DNA of 32,000 bases from an uncultured archaeon (lineage in GTDB: Archaea > Iainarchaeota > Iainarchaeia > Iainarchaeales > Iainarchaeaceae): positions 1-32,000 of the forward strand of contig CAZNZM010000004.1 of NCBI GenBank assembly GCA_964577555.1, written 5' to 3'. Made by a program: the position numbers and the translations under genes. Shown here piece after piece: positions 19,456 through 28,532 of this stretch (position 1 is its first letter; each line of letters begins with the position of its first letter). The notes beneath the pieces are model-generated. The model saw only the letters and a program-made list of their open reading frames with translations. It was not told where the DNA came from and ran no database searches.

Positions 19456-19794
19456 TCAAAGAGACAAACCTATTTCAACACTATAAAAACCACAATTAAG
19501 TTCAACAAAATCAAAAACCTCACCAACACCGCCAGAAACAACCTCCCTGCCACCAAACCAAAGAGAATAATTTCCAACGCCAAGAAAAAAATCAGCGTCA
19601 GATTTAAGTTCATCAACACCAACACCACAACCAGAATAACTCCAAACAACCAACAAATCCCTAATTTTTTGTATTTTAACCAAATTAACCAAACCTGAAT
19701 TATTATGCAAAAAAAAACCCGAAGCGAAAAATAAAAGAAAAACCAAAAGCAAAAAACACAAAACCGACTCAAAAGAAAAAAAACCCCTATTCAC
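19456..19794 (-). CDS. Pseudopilin-like small exported protein
   Basis: MNRGFFSFESVLCFLLLVFLLFFASG: short basic leader, G|FFSFE (Glu at +5), then TM; hydrophilic C-terminal domain. Confidence 0.75.
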   Translation of the reverse strand: MNRGFFSFESVLCFLLLVFLLFFASGFFLHNNSGLVNLVKIQKIRDLLVVWSYSGCGVGVDELKSDADFFLGVGNYSLWFGGREVVSGGVGEVFDFVELNCGFYSVEIGLSL

Positions 19795-20239
19795 TGCAAA
19801 CCACTACACCCAAAACGCCTTTTTTATCAATATAATGCTCCAACAAAACAAACCTTTCAAACACAACACAATCGCCCTTTACAGAATCAAAATAAAATTT
19901 CTTCCCATTTTTACCAACCAAATACAAAGCAGAAACCGAATACTTGCCAAAATAAGAAGGCCTGGCTTTGGAAAGCAACGAAACATCAACAACATTTGAA
20001 AACAACCGCTTTTTTTCGGAATCAAAATAAGCAGAACCAAGCAAAGAATTTTCCAAATCCCTATTCTTAACCAAAGATTCAGAAATTGAAAAACCAAACA
20101 AAAACAATTCATTATTGACAATTTCATCAGAATACCATTGCAAAGCCCCGACAACAAAATACACTATCAAAAGAAAACCAAAAAAAACGAAAAGAAAAGA
20201 AACCAAAGAATCAAAAGAAAAAAACAAACCCTTAACCAT
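19787..20239 (-). CDS. Pseudopilin-like small exported protein
   Basis: MVKGLFFSFDSLVSFLFVFFGFLLIVYFVVG; start at 20239 inside ORF 19787..20524. Confidence 0.75.
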   Translation of the reverse strand: MVKGLFFSFDSLVSFLFVFFGFLLIVYFVVGALQWYSDEIVNNELFLFGFSISESLVKNRDLENSLLGSAYFDSEKKRLFSNVVDVSLLSKARPSYFGKYSVSALYLVGKNGKKFYFDSVKGDCVVFERFVLLEHYIDKKGVLGVVVCSE

Positions 20240-20540
20240 AATGCAACCTTCCCTTGAAAAAATACTTGCCTGATAAAGAAAAAACCAAACGATAAAAAGC
20301 ACCATCAAAAACTTTTTTTGAAGAAAAAAAACCAGAACACTTTTCAGGCAACAAAATATAACCATCTGAATGAGAAAAAAACAAATTTCCAATAGAAACA
20401 CAAACAGACAAACTTGACTTATAAGAAAGGGAATCAATAGCTGAAGAAAAACCGGACAAAAAATCTCTCTCAACAACCAATAATACGCTAACAACACAAA
20501 AAATGCACAACAAAGCAACAACAAAATCCAAAGAAATCAT
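20232..20540 (-). CDS. Small single-TM exported protein, pseudopilin-like
   Basis: MISLDFVVALLCIFCVVSVLLVVERDFL; 8-nt overlap with the following gene. Confidence 0.7.
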   Translation of the reverse strand: MISLDFVVALLCIFCVVSVLLVVERDFLSGFSSAIDSLSYKSSLSVCVSIGNLFFSHSDGYILLPEKCSGFFSSKKVFDGAFYRLVFSLSGKYFFKGRLHYG

Positions 20541-21064
20541 GGCAATGACACCACAACAGATTGCGAATAACCCTTAGGAAGTCTAAAAAAAGAAGTATAA
20601 TCCCCTTGCTTTATTTCAGCACAAGGAAAAAAACCCTCAATAGTTCCAGAAATAAAATACTTCAAAACAACAAAATTGCCAGACCGAAAAACAATAAACT
20701 TAGTGGCAGAGGCAAGCAAAGGCAATGACAAAGGAAAAATTTTTTTTACGCCAAAAGGAGAATCAACACAAAGACTGATTGAACCAAAATTTGAATTCAA
20801 CACGTTGAACAAAGAATAATCAATAAACGACTTGGCAACGGAAGAATCAATAGGAAAGACTGCAGAACCGCGAAGCGCATTGCCAACAGCCAAATCTATA
20901 GAAACCTCAGCCTTGGTTCGCAAAAAATCAGCAGAAGAAACCGAATAAGCCAAATATTCAGACATTTGCAAATCCGAAAAAACAAAACTTGAAAAATAAT
21001 AAACCAAAAAAATTACTTGAAAAGCAAAAAGCAACAAAACAGAACCGGAAAAACCTTTAAACAT
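20537..21064 (-). CDS. Single-TM exported protein, pseudopilin-like
   Basis: MFKGFSGSVLLLFAFQVIFLVYYFSSFVFSD; 4-nt overlap with the downstream gene. Confidence 0.75.
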   Translation of the reverse strand: MFKGFSGSVLLLFAFQVIFLVYYFSSFVFSDLQMSEYLAYSVSSADFLRTKAEVSIDLAVGNALRGSAVFPIDSSVAKSFIDYSLFNVLNSNFGSISLCVDSPFGVKKIFPLSLPLLASATKFIVFRSGNFVVLKYFISGTIEGFFPCAEIKQGDYTSFFRLPKGYSQSVVVSLP

Positions 21065-21162
21065 AAAAAAAACACCTACAAAAAACTTTAAAATTATTCG
21101 TCAATTGACGAATAAAGTTATTAGTTGGATTTTTATGCTTTTTCAAATTAAAAATAAAAAAC

Positions 21163-21780
21163 ATGGAAAAAAAAGAAATCAAAGACATACTAATAAGCTG
21201 GATAACAATAAGCTTTGCATTCTCATGGATAGGCTTGCAAATATTCAGCCCAAAAGGAATGATAGAATTTACAATAAATTTTTTAATAATCGCAATAGCT
21301 GTTGGCAGCGGATTCATACTCCACGAACTAGCACACAGATATATTGCAATAAATTTCGGAGCAAAAGCAAAATACATTGCATGGAAAGAAGGATTACTAT
21401 TAGCAGTCGCACTAGCAATAATAACAAACGGGACATTCGTATTTGCAGCCCCAGGAGCAGTATATGTCTATGGAAAAAAAATCCTAACAAAACAAAACGG
21501 AATAATATCAATAGCAGGACCAGTAACAAACATTTTAGTAGCACTTGCAGCAAGCATAATAGGAATACTGCTAAGCCCAACAGGTTTAATACTAACAATA
21601 ATAAAAAGCACAATAATGGTCAACTTCTTCTTAGCAGCCTTCAACCTAATCCCCATAGGACCGCTTGACGGAAAAAAAGTATTCCTGTGGAGCAAAACAG
21701 CTTGGACAATAACAATACTAACCGCAATATCCGGAGTAATACTCAACGAACAATATTTCCAAATAATAGGACTAGCCTAA
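21163..21780 (+). CDS. M50-family (site-2 protease-like) membrane metalloprotease
   Basis: GFILHELAHRYIAINFGAKAKYIAWKEG (HExxH) and NLIPIGPLDGKKV motif. Confidence 0.93.
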   Translation: MEKKEIKDILISWITISFAFSWIGLQIFSPKGMIEFTINFLIIAIAVGSGFILHELAHRYIAINFGAKAKYIAWKEGLLLAVALAIITNGTFVFAAPGAVYVYGKKILTKQNGIISIAGPVTNILVALAASIIGILLSPTGLILTIIKSTIMVNFFLAAFNLIPIGPLDGKKVFLWSKTAWTITILTAISGVILNEQYFQIIGLA

Positions 21781-21852
21781 AAAAAACAAACTATAAATAT
21801 AAATTTTACAACAACACACAAAAATTAATAAAGCAATAAAACACCCAAATTA

Positions 21853-22521
21853 ATGATGAAAAAAACAAAATCAACTATAATAATCACAGGAATAATCATT
21901 CTTACAATATTGGGACAAGGCTGCTTGAAAGAAACAATTGAAAAAAAAGACAAAAACGAAGCTTGCAAAGAAATAATATGCAAGGAAAAATGCGACGGCA
22001 CAACACTAAATTATGACGGAAAATGCATTGAAGGAAAATGCTATTACGCAATAGAAACATACTCGCCAAAATGCAAATCAGCACCACCAGCAGACACCAT
22101 AATCCCAAAAAAACCAGAATACGCTTTTGACACCAAACTACTGCTATGCGACTACGACAAAGCAATGAAAAAATACACCTTAATCTACCAAATAACAAAC
22201 AAAAGCGAAAAAACAATACAACACGGCTCTACAATATGGCTCAAAGTTCTTCAAACAGAATACGCATCACCAAGAACAATACAAAACACATACAAACCTG
22301 GAAAAATACTATGGGAAGAAATGAAAATCAATTATCTTGACAAATCTTACATAGGACAATCATGGCAAATAAGAGACGTGAATTCAGACCAACCACTTGA
22401 TTTCCAATTAATATTCTGCGAACCAAACTTTTCTGAAAAAAACAAATGCGACACATACAACGGCTACCTATTAACAAGCGGAAACATACTTGAAATATGC
22501 AAACAAAACAAAACAACATAA
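21853..22521 (+). CDS. Cys-rich putative lipoprotein/exported protein
   Basis: IIITGIIILTILGQGCLKETIEKKDKNEACKEIICKEKCDG...: signal-like helix followed by Cys-rich domain. Confidence 0.75.
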   Translation: MMKKTKSTIIITGIIILTILGQGCLKETIEKKDKNEACKEIICKEKCDGTTLNYDGKCIEGKCYYAIETYSPKCKSAPPADTIIPKKPEYAFDTKLLLCDYDKAMKKYTLIYQITNKSEKTIQHGSTIWLKVLQTEYASPRTIQNTYKPGKILWEEMKINYLDKSYIGQSWQIRDVNSDQPLDFQLIFCEPNFSEKNKCDTYNGYLLTSGNILEICKQNKTT

Positions 22522-22897
22522 AAAAACTCGAATTTGCAAAAAAATGACAAAAAAAACAGCTAGCCAAAAAAACAAAACAAAAAAAATACAAAAAAATAAT
22601 TCTATTTGAAAAAAAATAAATAGGCTCGCAAAAACAAACAACAAAAAAAACCAATGACAAAAACAAAAAAATAATTCAAAAAAAGTTCACACAAAAAAAC
22701 ACAATAAAAAAAACACTCGGCTTACAATCCCAAAACAAAAAAACTAGTACAAAAAAAATCAAAAAAAAACAAATTCTAAAAAAAATGGCTCACCAAAAAA
22801 AACAACTGGCTCGGCGCAAAAAAAAATCAATGACACAAAAAAACAAAAAAATAATTCAAAAAAATTAGAGAAAATTAGCTAAAAAAAATAAAAAAAA
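22522..22897. repeat. A-rich mosaic repeat region between convergent genes
   Basis: Words aatgacaaaaaaaacagctagccaaaaaa, taggctcgcaaaaa, tggctcaccaaaaaa as in the other arrays. Confidence 0.7.
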
Positions 22898-25087
22898 CTA
22901 TCTGACATAACTTGGCTTAAAAGCCTGTGCAACAGAACTCTTGAAAGCATCATACGCTTCAATTGTTTCCTTAGAAATAGAAGGCAAGATTTTTTGCATC
23001 GCCATTTCAAAATGATGCGGCTTGATTTCAGCCTGCTTGAAATCAGCCTCTTTCATAGCAAACAACGCAGCCTCTCTAATCAAACCCTCAAGATCTGCAC
23101 CACTATAACCTTCAGTTTTCCTTGCAATTTCCTCAAGCGAAACGCTTTTAGAAAGAGGCACGTTTTTAGAATGAATCTTAAGTATTGCAAGCCTAGCTGG
23201 TTCGTCGGGAGCCGGAACTTTAATCAATTTATCAATCCTGCCTGGACGCATAAGAGCAGGATCAATCAAATCAGGCCTATTAGTAGCAGCCACAAAAACC
23301 ACTCCTTTAAGCTCCTCAATACCATCAAGCTCGGTTAAAAGCTGATTAACCATACGTTCGTTCACACCAGCATCAGTATTAATACCGCGTCTTGCAGCAA
23401 TACTGTCAATTTCATCAAAAAAAACAACAACAGGGGAAACCTGCCTTGCACGCTGAAAAACCTTTCTAATACCCTTTTCAGATTCGCCAACCCACATGCT
23501 TATAAGCTGAGGACCCTTAATCGAAATAAAATTAGCCTCAGACTCAGTTGCAATGGCCTTTGCAATAGCAGTCTTGCCACAACCAGGAGGGCCATAAAGC
23601 AAAACACCGGAAGGCGGCTTTATACCCATTTTCTGAAAAGCATCAGGATTTTTCAAAGGCCACTCAATTGCTTGCTTAAGCTCATTCTTCAAATCATCAA
23701 GACCGCCAATATCAGACCACTTAACATTAGGCACCTCAATAGTAACCTCCCTCAAAGCAGAAGGTTGAACATCCTTCAATGCCTCAAGAAAATCCTCCTT
23801 TTTAACCTCAAGACTTTCAAGCACATCCTCAGGAATAGTTTGCTCCTCGAGATTTATCTTTGGAAGATACCTGCGCAAAGCCTTCATGGCTGCCTCTTTA
23901 GCGAGAGCTTCAAGATCAGCTCCGACAAAACCATGAGTAACGGAAGCAAAATAATCCAAATCAACATTTTTCGCCAAAGGCATACCTCTAGTATGAATCC
24001 TCAAAATATCAAGACGACCCTTTTTAGAAGGCACGCCAATATCAATTTCCCTATCAAAACGACCAGGCCTACGCAAAGCCTCATCAATACTATTAATCCT
24101 ATTAGTAGCACCAATAACAATTACCTGACCACGAGCCTCCATACCATCCATTGCGGAAAGAATCTGAGCAACAACCCTTCGCTCAACCTCGCCAACAACC
24201 TCGTCACGCTTAGGAGCTATAGCATCAATCTCATCAAAAAAAATGATTGAGGGAGCATTCTTCTCAGCCTCCTTAAAAACCTCTCTTATTCTCTCCTCGG
24301 CTTCGCCAACAAACTTACTCATAATACTTGGAGAAGAAATCGCAATAAAATGAGCCTGAGTCTCATTAGCAACAGCCTTAGCCAACAAAGTCTTCCCAGT
24401 ACCAGGAGGCCCATAAAGCAAAACACCCTTAGGCGGATTTATGCCAAGCCTCCTAAAAATTTCAGGGTGCTTCATAGGAAGCTCAATCATCTCCCTAACC
24501 TTTTGAATCTGCTCATCAAGACCGCCAATATCCTCATAAGAAATCCTAGGAATGCCACCAAGAGCATCCTTCACAGGCTCCTCCTTAAGCACAAACTGAG
24601 TAAAATCAGTAACCTTTACAATACCCCTTGGATTAGTATCAATAACCTGATAAATAAAACCAGAACCAAAAACAGAAATCAAAACCTGATCACCCTTATT
24701 CAAAGGCCTGCCAATAAAATTCTTCTTCAAAATCCTGTCATAACCAGAAGCAATAATCCTAACATCCTGAGTAGGAGCCAACACAACCCTCTTAGCCTCA
24801 GAAAACTCAGCTTTCCTCACACTCACCTTATCGCCAAGAGCAACACCAGCATTACGCCTAATCAAATTATCCATCCTAATAATTCCCTTGCCTTCATCCT
24901 CCTGCCTAGCAGGCCAAATAACAGCAGCAGTACTCTGAGAACCCCTAATCTCAACAATATCCCCAGAAGTCACGCCAAGCTCCTCTTTAGTCCGCCTATC
25001 AAGAGTAATTATATTACGCCCAACATGAGAAGGATCAGGCTCTTCAACCCTCAAAACAACTTCCTTTTTAGGCTTGCCAGATAACAT
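22898..25087 (-). CDS. cdc48: CDC48/VCP-family AAA+ ATPase
   Basis: Double-psi barrel N-domain (VVLRVEEPDPSHVGRNIITLDRRTKEELGVTSGDIVEI) and two AAA modules (GPPGTGKTLLAKAVANE; GPPGCGKTAIAKAIATE); start MLSGKPKKEV at 25087. Confidence 0.98.
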   Translation of the reverse strand: MLSGKPKKEVVLRVEEPDPSHVGRNIITLDRRTKEELGVTSGDIVEIRGSQSTAAVIWPARQEDEGKGIIRMDNLIRRNAGVALGDKVSVRKAEFSEAKRVVLAPTQDVRIIASGYDRILKKNFIGRPLNKGDQVLISVFGSGFIYQVIDTNPRGIVKVTDFTQFVLKEEPVKDALGGIPRISYEDIGGLDEQIQKVREMIELPMKHPEIFRRLGINPPKGVLLYGPPGTGKTLLAKAVANETQAHFIAISSPSIMSKFVGEAEERIREVFKEAEKNAPSIIFFDEIDAIAPKRDEVVGEVERRVVAQILSAMDGMEARGQVIVIGATNRINSIDEALRRPGRFDREIDIGVPSKKGRLDILRIHTRGMPLAKNVDLDYFASVTHGFVGADLEALAKEAAMKALRRYLPKINLEEQTIPEDVLESLEVKKEDFLEALKDVQPSALREVTIEVPNVKWSDIGGLDDLKNELKQAIEWPLKNPDAFQKMGIKPPSGVLLYGPPGCGKTAIAKAIATESEANFISIKGPQLISMWVGESEKGIRKVFQRARQVSPVVVFFDEIDSIAARRGINTDAGVNERMVNQLLTELDGIEELKGVVFVAATNRPDLIDPALMRPGRIDKLIKVPAPDEPARLAILKIHSKNVPLSKSVSLEEIARKTEGYSGADLEGLIREAALFAMKEADFKQAEIKPHHFEMAMQKILPSISKETIEAYDAFKSSVAQAFKPSYVR

Positions 25088-25139
25088 AAAAATAAAAAAA
25101 ATAAATCTAATTTTAAAACCATGCCATGCAAAAAAAAAA

Positions 25140-25955
25140 TTAATTAAAATCTCCAACAAACAAACTAATACCGCCATTAGGCAACAAAGAAACTATCTCA
25201 TCAAGCCGAGAAGAAAAATCAACACCAAATTTTACAGAAAACTTTGCAACAACCTTCTTTGCAACCTCGCCCTTAGACTCCCTGCCAAAACCCAAAAAAA
25301 CATGATAATCACAACGAGACTTAACAGCAGAAGGCGGACCAGACATCAATTCAAAATCACTGCCAACCTTCTTGCAACCAATAGCAAACTCCAAAGGCGT
25401 CCTTTTGAACCAAACCCTCTTACCATAAACCATAAAAGCTCCAAGCCCAATTGCTTCACCAGAAGGAGATCTTTTAGTTACTTGTTCAGGCTTTGCAGAA
25501 TAAACATCAATACCTGAAATCTGCTCCTGCCAAGCCTTAGAAAACACAGCAGCAAAAACAGCGGCTTCCCTCATAGAAATTTCCCCCGGTTGCCTTCCAT
25601 CACACTTCAACACAACATGCGAAGCACCATGAATATCAGCATGAAAATAAACATCATCAGGCTTCATAAACTTGTTAACCAAATCCTCATTGCTCTTAGC
25701 ATCACGACCTCCAATAACAAGAAAACCCTCACTAGTAAAAAACCAATGAAAACGCTCAAACCACTTTCTCTCACGCTTCTTCAAAACCTGTTTCCCCTTT
25801 GCTTTATGTTCAGCCACTCCAACAATTTTAGAATCCAAAACAGACATGCCAACAGAAAGCCCGTCAAGCTTCCTCTTCCACTTCTTGGCAAGCTCATAAT
25901 AAGCAGCAGCATTTTCATTAACAGATTTTGTAAAATCCAATTCAAGCATCATCAA
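25140..25955 (-). CDS. Stand-alone NFACT-R (DUF814) RNA-binding domain protein, C-terminal half of RqcH/Tae2-like proteins
   Basis: KWFERFHWFFTSEGFLVIGGRDAKSNEDLVNKFMKPDDVYFHADIHGASHVVLK, AAVFAAVFSKAWQ, VTKRSPSGEAIGLGAFMVYGKRVWF; only 271 aa. Confidence 0.92.
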   Translation of the reverse strand: MMMLELDFTKSVNENAAAYYELAKKWKRKLDGLSVGMSVLDSKIVGVAEHKAKGKQVLKKRERKWFERFHWFFTSEGFLVIGGRDAKSNEDLVNKFMKPDDVYFHADIHGASHVVLKCDGRQPGEISMREAAVFAAVFSKAWQEQISGIDVYSAKPEQVTKRSPSGEAIGLGAFMVYGKRVWFKRTPLEFAIGCKKVGSDFELMSGPPSAVKSRCDYHVFLGFGRESKGEVAKKVVAKFSVKFGVDFSSRLDEIVSLLPNGGISLFVGDFN

Positions 25956-26491
25956 TCAAAACCCTTTGAACGCCTAATAGCCCTTATCATCGACTCAGTC
26001 CTAGAATCAGATTTATATAAAGGATCAGTTATATAAAAAATTTCCCTAGCCTTAAAAAGATCGGAAATACCTGAAATTGACTCAAAATATTTTTTCCTAA
26101 TGTCAGTATTATAAGAATCAACATCATTGTAAATGTGCCTGCTAATAAAATTAAAATTGTCGTGACCTATTATGCCGGACAAAAAATACAAATTATCATC
26201 CTTTCTCACTTGCTCGACAAACTTCTCAAGAACCGACTTCTTAGTCAAATCAAGCTGAAGCAACGAAACAACTTCAAGCTTATAACCAAGCTTCCTAAAA
26301 TCAGCCTTCGGTCCATAACCAACAACCAAACCCTGCTTTGCAAGAAAATCAAGAGAAGACTTAACAGTAGCCTTATGATAACCAGTATATTTTTGAATAG
26401 CCCTGATATTAGGCACAACAGCACCAGGCTTCAACAAAGCAGCAAGAATATTCAACCTGACCTCGTCATCCAATTTCATTACAACAGCCAT
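25952..26491 (-). CDS. Winged-helix transcriptional regulator-like protein
   Basis: IRAIQKYTGYHKATVKSSLDFLAKQGLVVGYG helix-turn-helix-like segment; start MAVVMKLDDEVRLN likely at 26491; 4-nt overlap with the NFACT-R gene. Confidence 0.75.
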   Translation of the reverse strand: MAVVMKLDDEVRLNILAALLKPGAVVPNIRAIQKYTGYHKATVKSSLDFLAKQGLVVGYGPKADFRKLGYKLEVVSLLQLDLTKKSVLEKFVEQVRKDDNLYFLSGIIGHDNFNFISRHIYNDVDSYNTDIRKKYFESISGISDLFKAREIFYITDPLYKSDSRTESMIRAIRRSKGFD

Positions 26492-26511
26492 AAAACAAAA
26501 ATAAGTATGAT

Positions 26512-26534
26512 ACATTAAAAAGACTTTTTAATGT
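26512..26534. promoter_or_regulatory. Near-perfect palindrome, candidate operator
   Basis: acattaaaaag-a-ctttttaatgt: 11-bp perfect inverted repeat with 1-nt spacer, directly upstream of the regulator gene. Confidence 0.65.
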
Positions 26535-26562
26535 CCAAAAAAGACATTCAAAATTGGCTAAT

Positions 26563-26572
26563 CTATATAAAC
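26563..26572 (+). promoter_or_regulatory. TATA-like element with no obvious CDS downstream
   Basis: ctatataaac within the 26516-26756 intergenic region. Confidence 0.35.
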
Positions 26573-26643
26573 TTCACAATAAGCAAAACTAATTGTAACG
26601 AGAAAAAGGGGGAATCCAATCCTAAGAAAAAAACAGAAAAGTT

Positions 26644-26693
26644 TGGAACGGGGTTAAAGCTCACCAAGCTAAAAAAACAACAACCCCGTTCCA
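26644..26693 (-). terminator. GC-rich stem-loop followed by T-rich stretch; candidate terminator of the VWA gene/operon (or ncRNA element)
   Basis: tggaacggggtt (26644-26655) pairs perfectly with aaccccgttcca (26682-26693); on the minus strand it is followed by AACTTTTCTGTTTTTTTC. Confidence 0.5.
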
Positions 26694-26756
26694 TCCAACC
26701 CAAAAAAAACAACACATAATTGAAACACAAAAAGCAAAAAAAATTCAAAAATACTT

Positions 26757-28532
26757 TCAAGACTCTTTTAAATTATCATAAACTGAAACCCTGATAGAAA
26801 TCTTAACAGAATTTGACACACCCTTGTCATTAGAAACAGTAAGAAAAACATTGTGGTCACCAACATCATTAACACTAAAAGTTTTGGAAAAAGTTTTGCC
26901 TTCAACAGGCTCAGAATCATCAACCCTCCAAACCCAAGAAACAATTTTATTGCCAAGAGGATCAAAAGAATTGCTCCAAAAATCGACATCAACATCATTG
27001 CTTTCAGAAGTTATTATTACCGGATTTAGCGGAGAAAAACCTATCAAAGCAACAGGCTTCAAAGACAAAGGAGAAACAGAAACAACATCATACGGCTCCT
27101 GTTTTTTATAAACCCAAATCTTAACCTCTCTTTGAGTCCCATCCTTCAACGGCAAAGTCTTATTCACAACATACCTTTCCGCATTATCCTTTTTTGTACC
27201 AAACTCAAACTTCTTGCCAACAACAGCATCAATCGTTGAAATTATGCTCTCTTTCAACAACGAAATGTCACAACCACCTGAACTACAATCAATAATATTT
27301 CCCTTGCTTACTCCGTCACCGCCTGCAAGCAACGCCATATGCTCCTTTATCTTGTTAATAGTTTCAGGGTTTGAATGCAAACCGGAAGAAGGAAAAGAAA
27401 CACAATTAAGTTTGCCATTACAATCAACACAATCATTCGAAGTAACACAAAGATTGCCGACAGAATCGCAAATAGGCGGAGCTCCATTGCCTTTAGGATC
27501 GGTAAAAATCGGAACAACTCTATAATCATAATTCTTAAGAACAGAAATAGCGTGATTCACAAAAACAAGAGAACGATTGCCATTACTCAAATTACAAGTT
27601 TTATAATAAACCCTAACGTTACTGCCAGTTTCTTGATAACTATAAGGAGTATCAGACTCAGAACCAGAACTCAATTCATCAGAAGCCGGAAATATAAAAG
27701 TCACGGTTGGAAACTCCGACTCCATCCTTGCCTCTGGAACTTCCTTGGCAACATAAGCCGAAGCAGTAGCCCAATCCTCGTAAAACTCTCCTTTAAGAAT
27801 GTTCATATCTGGACTGCAATTAGACATGCAACAAATACGGGCTGGAAACTTGTCAACACCAACAAAATAAGGGCTTTGTGGGTTTTTAAGCGAATCCACA
27901 AAATACTTATTATAAATACCAACCCCCAAAGAAGGACAAACATTGCCTGTGTTTGTCACAGGTATTTTATGGTCGGCTTCAATATAAGAACAATCAATAT
28001 CAATACTGGTACAATCAAACGAATTATTAGTATTGGTTTTTAGAATGAAAACTTTCTCTTCAAAAATAAAATCCCCCTTGGTGCGAAAAAAAGACTTTAT
28101 GTCAGGGATTATAACATTCAATTTGTCAATATCGTCACGCATGCTGTCAGAACCATCGACAATGAAATAAAGCCTTATTTTCATTTTAGGCGGAATAATC
28201 TCCATATAATAATTTTCTTTCCCATAAATAGAGTCAAATATTTTTTCAACAATCTCCTTTCTATTAACATTTTGCCCATAATAATTGAAATCATAAGACC
28301 ATGAATATATCATGTCACCCATCAACTGTGCAACACTCATCTTAATGGTTGGTTCTTCAATCTGCAAAATCTCTCCAAAATCTGCTGAAATACGATGCTG
28401 TTCAAAAGCAATCTTATTGCTTTCAAAAACCTTTACGGCTTGGTCAAGCTGATTGAATTGAATCAAAGCCCAACCAGAAAGAAGCATGACAACAATAATT
28501 ACTATTGCAATAATATCTGAAACCGCAGACAT
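26757..28532 (-). CDS. Secreted/pilus-associated VWA-like protein with C-terminal PKD-like domain
   Basis: N-terminal TM; IVDGSDSMRDDI (DxSxS MIDAS-like); Cys-rich middle; FWSNSFDPLGNKIVSWVWRVDDSEPVEGKTFSKTFSVNDVGDHNVFLTVSNDKGVSNS PKD-like. Confidence 0.85.
   Translation of the reverse strand: MSAVSDIIAIVIIVVMLLSGWALIQFNQLDQAVKVFESNKIAFEQHRISADFGEILQIEEPTIKMSVAQLMGDMIYSWSYDFNYYGQNVNRKEIVEKIFDSIYGKENYYMEIIPPKMKIRLYFIVDGSDSMRDDIDKLNVIIPDIKSFFRTKGDFIFEEKVFILKTNTNNSFDCTSIDIDCSYIEADHKIPVTNTGNVCPSLGVGIYNKYFVDSLKNPQSPYFVGVDKFPARICCMSNCSPDMNILKGEFYEDWATASAYVAKEVPEARMESEFPTVTFIFPASDELSSGSESDTPYSYQETGSNVRVYYKTCNLSNGNRSLVFVNHAISVLKNYDYRVVPIFTDPKGNGAPPICDSVGNLCVTSNDCVDCNGKLNCVSFPSSGLHSNPETINKIKEHMALLAGGDGVSKGNIIDCSSGGCDISLLKESIISTIDAVVGKKFEFGTKKDNAERYVVNKTLPLKDGTQREVKIWVYKKQEPYDVVSVSPLSLKPVALIGFSPLNPVIITSESNDVDVDFWSNSFDPLGNKIVSWVWRVDDSEPVEGKTFSKTFSVNDVGDHNVFLTVSNDKGVSNSVKISIRVSVYDNLKES

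Noticed and set aside
21105-21668. 187-aa ORF overlapping the M50 protease
   Set aside because: The alternative frame 21163..21780 carries the HELAHR and NLIPIGPLDG motifs, so this frame is spurious.
22994-25517. Plus-strand ORFs opposite cdc48 and NFACT-R (22994..23338, 23672..24250, 24350..25084, 25074..25517)
   Set aside because: Same antisense artefact; no recognisable domains.
26595-26700. C/D box sRNA interpretation of the structured element
   Set aside because: No convincing C (RUGAUGA) and D (CUGA) box pairs flanking the region.
27375-28043. 222-aa plus ORF opposite the VWA-like gene
   Set aside because: Antisense of a domain-bearing ORF; composition typical of skew artefact.
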